DNA of 64,000 nucleotides, taken from positions 5,518,001 to 5,582,000 of the forward strand of contig CATNEN010000039.1 in the NCBI GenBank assembly GCA_950097015.1, given 5' to 3'. Of the stretch, positions 58,614 through 64,000 are shown piece by piece. The stretch is from Macrostomum hystrix (Eukaryota > Animalia > Platyhelminthes). The notes below the pieces were generated by a model. It saw only the letters and a list, made by a program, of their open reading frames with translations. It did no database searches and was not told the DNA's origin. Positions within the stretch are counted from its first letter, which is position 1. Each line of letters begins with the position of its first letter. Position numbers and translations under genes: made by a program.

Positions 58614-61600
58614 ATGAATAACGGAGATCTAAACCAAGACATTCAAACAGGTACTAACAGAACTCCAGAACCCGGAGACGCCGATCAGCAACAACTGCCA
58701 CACGACCAGTTAGATCAGCCAGAAGACCACAACGACGAGTGGGAAAACAACAACGAGCATTCATCAGACTCGGAAAACGAGGACAACGCAATGGAAGATC
58801 TCCAGAACCAAGTCCGGGAACTACAGCAGCGTCTCGCCATGGCACACGGCAGGGACCTACCAGCCATTGTCCAGGCTCTAAAACTGTCGGCAGGAGACTA
58901 CGAAATGGGACAGCCATTTGTCAAATGGCTGACTGAGTTCGAACTACAAACAGCGACATATGGCCTAACCGACGAAGAGAAGTGTCGATTACTACCACTC
59001 ATGCTGCGCCCTAACGCCCGTAATCAATACACGGGACTCCCACAAGCTGTCCGAGAAAACTACGGACAGGTGAGAACACAACTCCGAGAGCTGTATGACA
59101 CCAGAGCGATGGACCGACCCACGGCAGTACTCCAACTCTCCATGAGGAGGATGCACCCAGGAGAGGATGTTAACAAGTTCATCGCCGACATCACACAACT
59201 AGTCGAGAACTCAGTGTTCCAAGAACCAGCGCCGGAGGGTGAGAATGAGAACGACAGAGGCGCAAGAATCAACCGCAACAAACGCATAGTCCAAGACCAC
59301 ATCATGCTGCACGTACAACAGAATGCCACACCGGCATTGCGACTATATCTAGCCAGAGGACGTTACCAGACAGTACCGGAGATGGTGCGTGAAGCACTTC
59401 AATGGCAAGCACTGCGAGAGCTGGAACACGACTCCAACGACGTACACAAACTGACAGCCATGGTAGCCCAGATGGAGACCACGATCAGGCAAGCGGGTAA
59501 GCACTTCCAGGAGCGAGGCCAACAGCCACAGAAGGAAGATGCAACTAAGTACCCAGATGGCAATCCGAGGCCAACCTGCCAGATCTGCGACAAGATAGGC
59601 CACACAGCCAACAGGTGCTACCAAAGGAACCAGAACACCGGTAACCGGAATATCGGTAAGAGTACCGGGGGCCAAGTGCAGTCACGGGGCAGACAAGATC
59701 GAAGTAACGTTAAATGCAACAAATGCGGAAAGAGAGGCCACTTTGCAAAAGAGTGCAGAGACCAGCGATATTGCAAGAACTGCAATATGCAGAACCATTG
59801 GACATCGGAATGCGGCAGACCACGCCAGGGTGATCAAGGACGGCATCCGCAGCAATGGCAGCAGCCAAAGCGGATCGCCGAAGTCACGGTCCAGGACCCC
59901 AGTCCGCAGCCAGCCCAACTGGCGAGTGAGTCTAGCCAGACAGCACACATCTTGGCAGTCAGCACGTGGGAAGCGACAACGCCGACAAGGACAAGAAGCG
60001 ACGTCATACAAGCAAGACGACAGAACAGGAAGAACAAGACGGCGACAATCGCCCTAGTTCAGACCGCTCCACAGCTCGAAGGACGAAAGCGAGAGCAGAG
60101 GGCTAGAAAGGCTAGTGATGGCTGGAAGGCACCAGCCGGACCGATATGCGCACTCCTGCTAAAAATACTACTCCTCGCATTGCTCTGTACCACGGCGGAG
60201 ACGATAAACCCAAGACACCAGAACTGGGTGGACACACCGATGTACTGCCCGGAGCCCTCCAGGCCACAGATCTTCAAGCTGCCACCGGACATCGAGTGCA
60301 AGATGCCTAGCAGCATACAGCAGCACCGACAGCCGATCAACCTGGCAATCTTTAGACCAAACCAGGTCACTCACCGATCAACACTCAAGATCTGTTACCG
60401 AGAAACGTATGTCTTCACCAGCGTAGCATTAAAAACGATTGCCGCTAAAGTGGTAAGACCAGAAATGACTGTTACGGTCCAGAAACATCTAGTTTCAGAG
60501 GAAGATTGTGAGTCCTGGGAGGAAGGTTACCGAACTCCAGATGGCATCCTTGAAGAAGATGGGAAAGCCCCGAACAAAGCTGAACGTTTCACTACTCACA
60601 TCTGGACAACAGAGGAATTCGACCCAACGGCTAGTACCCAAACTAGATATACGAAATCCGCGTCCACGCTGATAACGAAAATTCCGTTCTTCGTGGAGAA
60701 TAAGAAAATGTCATCGCTGTATATCCCACTAGGACATTGCAATTACACCATAGGAAAATGTCTTCACGAGTCCACTCTACAGGCCGAGAAGGATGCGCCG
60801 CTGGAGAGACAAGTACCCAATAAATTATGGGAAGCTCTGAGATACTACGACACACAATTCAAGGTCGCTGGAGAACGCCAGTACAGATATGCCTGGACAC
60901 CCAGCGCCGCAATTGACTGCCCGTACCAGGAAGACAGGCGAATTGAAGGAACCATACACACAGGATGGTTCATGTCCAAGGACGCTACCTACGCTTTGAC
61001 TTTTAAACACCCACCACACTCAATGGAGCTGAAATGCGGAGGAACGACAACTAAACTATTCAGGTCAGAACAAGGAAAGTTGGTTAAACTAGAAGGATCT
61101 GAAGCAGAATTCTTATCGATAGTACAAGGCAATTTTAATAACTCTAGCACAGTAAAGAGGGCAAAGAGAGACTTGGTATCACAGGAAACTCTAGCAGTGA
61201 AACTACAGAGCGTTGAACTTACAATGGAAAACAGAATTGGTGATCTGACTCGTCATGTAATCCTTCAACAATGCCGACTCCAACAGACCATTTTTAGATA
61301 CATTAAGGACTTCATAAGGATGCAACCAACACTAGCGGTGAGGACACTGTTCAAAGACAAGCACCTCAAGGCCAGAACAATAGCCCAGCACGTCGTAATC
61401 TTCAAATGCATCCCAGTGACCGACTTCGAATTCCATCAACCACACTGGAATCAAAGCCGATGTTTTTCCAAACCTCCGTTGAAGTACAAAGTAGCGGAGA
61501 CCAACCGTACAGGATTTTTGGACGTAAGAACTATGGAAATTGAGACCGAGCACCCCACCTTTCAGGACTGCTCGAACCGAACTGGATACCTGTTACCCAA

Positions 61601-64000
61601 AGAGGACAAAGTGTACAAGGTCGACTCAAATTTCACCAGCTTCGAACTTATACAGGTAAAGAAATTGAAGAACGAAGATTGGGGAATAGAGGCTATGAAA
61701 TTACCTAATATCAAACGGATTATCTTTACACCAGAAACAGATATTAAAATAGAAGAAATCCGAAGGCCAATTACAGTGCACGATCTGTACACGCAGATGA
61801 AGGACCAGAGAGAATTTCTGAGAACGGTATTTAAACTACCAAAGCAGAAGACTTCACAGACGCTCGACCTACCACCATTGGAAGCAAACATAGCCCTCAA
61901 AACTTATGACTTTGCATCTTGGATGCCGTGGATAGGCATGAAACTCAATATTTTCAATATAGCAGTTGGAGCTGCCGCTCTCTGTGTATACTTCTACATC
62001 ATACTTAAAACCATAATAGTTTGTCACAGGCTCTATCGGAAAAAGTACGAGCGACCAGGAATTCGGGCAATTCAAAGACGGATAAAGGCGACGCGAGAAC
62101 AACACGAATTACGGGTACAGCCAAGCACGGACACTAACTACAGACACACGGGCCCACGCCGCCCAGCACCAGAGGCACCAGCCACAAATAAGGAACAGCA
62201 TCAACCGATGATTCCGTCTGCTCCACTGGCTTCATCAATCTATCCGACGATCAGCTCATGGCCACCGCCGATAGTGGCAGCAATTACGAACGGCCAGAAA
62301 TACACGGTGACGCGACTGAAGATAGGCACGCGAGTCTGCAGAGCGCTGATAGATAGCGGAGCAGAGAGGTCGCTGATAGACGAAGTGACGGCGCGCCGAT
62401 ACAGTGACAGCTTCGAGAAGCCGACAACAGAGCTACAAGGAGTACACGGAGGAAAGCTCACGCAATCCGGAATGATCACGTTACCAGTCGAAGCAGGAGA
62501 CGCAATCGCCAACGTTAAGTTTCATGTCATTCCTAACTTGAGCTCTGGGAGATACCATGCACTCCTAGGAATTGATTACTTAAGTCAGTTGCAGGAGGGT
62601 ATGTCTATCAATTACCAACAGCAACAGATGCAGTTAAATGGCAGATCGTATGAAATCATGACAGTCGCCGCCCAAGAAGCCACAAATAAGATCAGACTAG
62701 TTTCCGTGGTAAACCTGAATCCATGGGAAACAGCTCAAATTACAGCTAGAACCGACTCAAAGGAGGAATTGCCTGACACGGTACTTTTCGAGCCAGACAG
62801 GAGTATCATCGAGAAGAAGGCGATAGGTCTGACTCAGGAGATAGTTCATCCGGACGAGAAGGGAGAGATACACGTTCTCATATCTAACGAATCAGCCAGA
62901 CCTATCACTCTGTACCCGGATACAGCCATAGGTTCGTATGAGACAGAGATAGAGACATATGAAATAGCGGCGAATCAGGAACAGGCATCGGCAATGACAG
63001 AGACAGAATTTAGAGAAGCGATTAATCTGCAGGGAGCCGAGATAACAGCAGAGCAGAAAGAACAACTAAGAGAGATCCTCTGGGAGAACAAGGAAGCATT
63101 TTGTCTCTCAGATGAGGAGATAGGCTTTACAGAAATAGCGAAACACGAACTCCACATAAAACCGAATGTGGAAGTGAAGCTGAATAAGAGATATCCGATT
63201 CCACACCAGCTTACAGGAGAACTGAAGAAGGTGATAGACAGAATGGAGATGCAGGGGATTCTCATGAAAGCACCGACACCGTATATTTCACCAATTCTCC
63301 TCGTTAAGAAAAAATCGGAGTTGCCAGACGCCAAACCGGTGTATCGCCTGTGCGTGGACTTCAGGGACTTAAACCGATTGTTGATCCCCGAGAGACAGTG
63401 TATGCCCAGAATTCCAGATCTGCTGGCCAAACTCAAAGGATCAAAGTACTTCACGACTCTAGACATGGCCCAGGCATTCTTTCAAGTGGCCCTGCACGAG
63501 GACAGTAGAAAGTACTGCGGGATTTCTACACCAGACGGAGAAACGTTAGTCTTCTTAAGGGCGCCGATGGGATTACAGTCGAGCCCTGCCGCTTTGTCTA
63601 GGGCTGCCAGCATCATCCTCAAAGGCATCGAGAGAGTCTCTACATACGTGGACGATTTGCTAGTATTCACGGAAACGTTCGAGCACCACCTCCAGACACT
63701 CAAAAGTACCTTGGAAGCCTTGAAAAAGCACGGATTAAAGCTGAAACTCCAGAAATGTCGATTCGCGCAACCCAGCATTACCTTCCTGGGACACAAGATC
63801 GACCAGAACGGTATCCAGATAGATCGCACTCTAGTGGACAAGGTACAGAAGGTAACCAAACCTGATAATGTGACTCAGTTAAGAGCATTCCTCGGACTGT
63901 GCAATTTTTTTAGGAAGCATGTCCCACATTATGCTAAGAAAGTACAACCGCTAACGGATATGCTCAAAGGGGCACCGACCTCAAAAGGACAAGCAACGAA
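58614..64000 (+). CDS. Single uninterrupted Gag-Env-PR-RT polyprotein (>1795 aa, runs off the window) of a Ty3/gypsy-type element
   Basis: Manual translation finds no stop from ATG 58614 to the window end. Capsid-like region; 3 CCHC knuckles (CQICDKIGHTANRC, CNKCGKRGHFAKEC, CKNCNMQNHWTSEC); hydrophobic signal ICALLLKILLLALLCTTAET (60144-60203); Cys-rich ectodomain; furin site RAKR (61158-69); TM about 61950-62021; protease LIDSGA (DSG 62352); RT YRLCVDFRDLN, YFTTLDMAQAFFQ, YVDD (63645-56), FLGH. Confidence 0.93.
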   Translation, partial: MNNGDLNQDIQTGTNRTPEPGDADQQQLPHDQLDQPEDHNDEWENNNEHSSDSENEDNAMEDLQNQVRELQQRLAMAHGRDLPAIVQALKLSAGDYEMGQPFVKWLTEFELQTATYGLTDEEKCRLLPLMLRPNARNQYTGLPQAVRENYGQVRTQLRELYDTRAMDRPTAVLQLSMRRMHPGEDVNKFIADITQLVENSVFQEPAPEGENENDRGARINRNKRIVQDHIMLHVQQNATPALRLYLARGRYQTVPEMVREALQWQALRELEHDSNDVHKLTAMVAQMETTIRQAGKHFQERGQQPQKEDATKYPDGNPRPTCQICDKIGHTANRCYQRNQNTGNRNIGKSTGGQVQSRGRQDRSNVKCNKCGKRGHFAKECRDQRYCKNCNMQNHWTSECGRPRQGDQGRHPQQWQQPKRIAEVTVQDPSPQPAQLASESSQTAHILAVSTWEATTPTRTRSDVIQARRQNRKNKTATIALVQTAPQLEGRKREQRARKASDGWKAPAGPICALLLKILLLALLCTTAETINPRHQNWVDTPMYCPEPSRPQIFKLPPDIECKMPSSIQQHRQPINLAIFRPNQVTHRSTLKICYRETYVFTSVALKTIAAKVVRPEMTVTVQKHLVSEEDCESWEEGYRTPDGILEEDGKAPNKAERFTTHIWTTEEFDPTASTQTRYTKSASTLITKIPFFVENKKMSSLYIPLGHCNYTIGKCLHESTLQAEKDAPLERQVPNKLWEALRYYDTQFKVAGERQYRYAWTPSAAIDCPYQEDRRIEGTIHTGWFMSKDATYALTFKHPPHSMELKCGGTTTKLFRSEQGKLVKLEGSEAEFLSIVQGNFNNSSTVKRAKRDLVSQETLAVKLQSVELTMENRIGDLTRHVILQQCRLQQTIFRYIKDFIRMQPTLAVRTLFKDKHLKARTIAQHVVIFKCIPVTDFEFHQPHWNQSRCFSKPPLKYKVAETNRTGFLDVRTMEIETEHPTFQDCSNRTGYLLPKEDKVYKVDSNFTSFELIQVKKLKNEDWGIEAMKLPNIKRIIFTPETDIKIEEIRRPITVHDLYTQMKDQREFLRTVFKLPKQKTSQTLDLPPLEANIALKTYDFASWMPWIGMKLNIFNIAVGAAALCVYFYIILKTIIVCHRLYRKKYERPGIRAIQRRIKATREQHELRVQPSTDTNYRHTGPRRPAPEAPATNKEQHQPMIPSAPLASSIYPTISSWPPPIVAAITNGQKYTVTRLKIGTRVCRALIDSGAERSLIDEVTARRYSDSFEKPTTELQGVHGGKLTQSGMITLPVEAGDAIANVKFHVIPNLSSGRYHALLGIDYLSQLQEGMSINYQQQQMQLNGRSYEIMTVAAQEATNKIRLVSVVNLNPWETAQITARTDSKEELPDTVLFEPDRSIIEKKAIGLTQEIVHPDEKGEIHVLISNESARPITLYPDTAIGSYETEIETYEIAANQEQASAMTETEFREAINLQGAEITAEQKEQLREILWENKEAFCLSDEEIGFTEIAKHELHIKPNVEVKLNKRYPIPHQLTGELKKVIDRMEMQGILMKAPTPYISPILLVKKKSELPDAKPVYRLCVDFRDLNRLLIPERQCMPRIPDLLAKLKGSKYFTTLDMAQAFFQVALHEDSRKYCGISTPDGETLVFLRAPMGLQSSPAALSRAASIILKGIERVSTYVDDLLVFTETFEHHLQTLKSTLEALKKHGLKLKLQKCRFAQPSITFLGHKIDQNGIQIDRTLVDKVQKVTKPDNVTQLRAFLGLCNFFRKHVPHYAKKVQPLTDMLKGAPTSKGQAT

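Noticed and set aside
58654-63859. Short ORFs listed in the track over the env element
   Set aside because: Off-frame or antisense to the real open frame starting at 58614.

Overview
Eukaryotic (metazoan) genomic DNA. GT-AG introns, GC-rich exons, minisatellite-filled introns and P/hAT/RTE/Ty3 elements suggest a free-living flatworm such as Macrostomum; this is inference only. I reconstructed six host genes by hand with phase-consistent splice sites: a WD40 protein (-, runs off the left edge), a class A GPCR with a 10-aa repeat expansion in intracellular loop 3 (-), a Q-rich GLTSCR1/BICRA-like gene (+), a small 2-exon gene nested antisense in its intron, a basigin-like Ig membrane protein (-), and an intronless DUF4062-NACHT protein ending in a PHF5-like Cys/His pattern (+). 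Between them lie nested mobile elements: two P/THAP elements, a hAT MITE, tRNA-derived SINEs, three solo LTRs, and a decayed RTE LINE interrupted by a Ty3/gypsy element with an intact ORF. The most notable feature is missing from the ORF track because it has no stop inside the window. It is a Ty3/gypsy-type element whose single uninterrupted ORF (58614 to >64000) has the order Gag - internal signal peptide - class-III-like envelope glycoprotein (furin site, TM anchor) - protease - RT, so env sits in frame between gag and pol.
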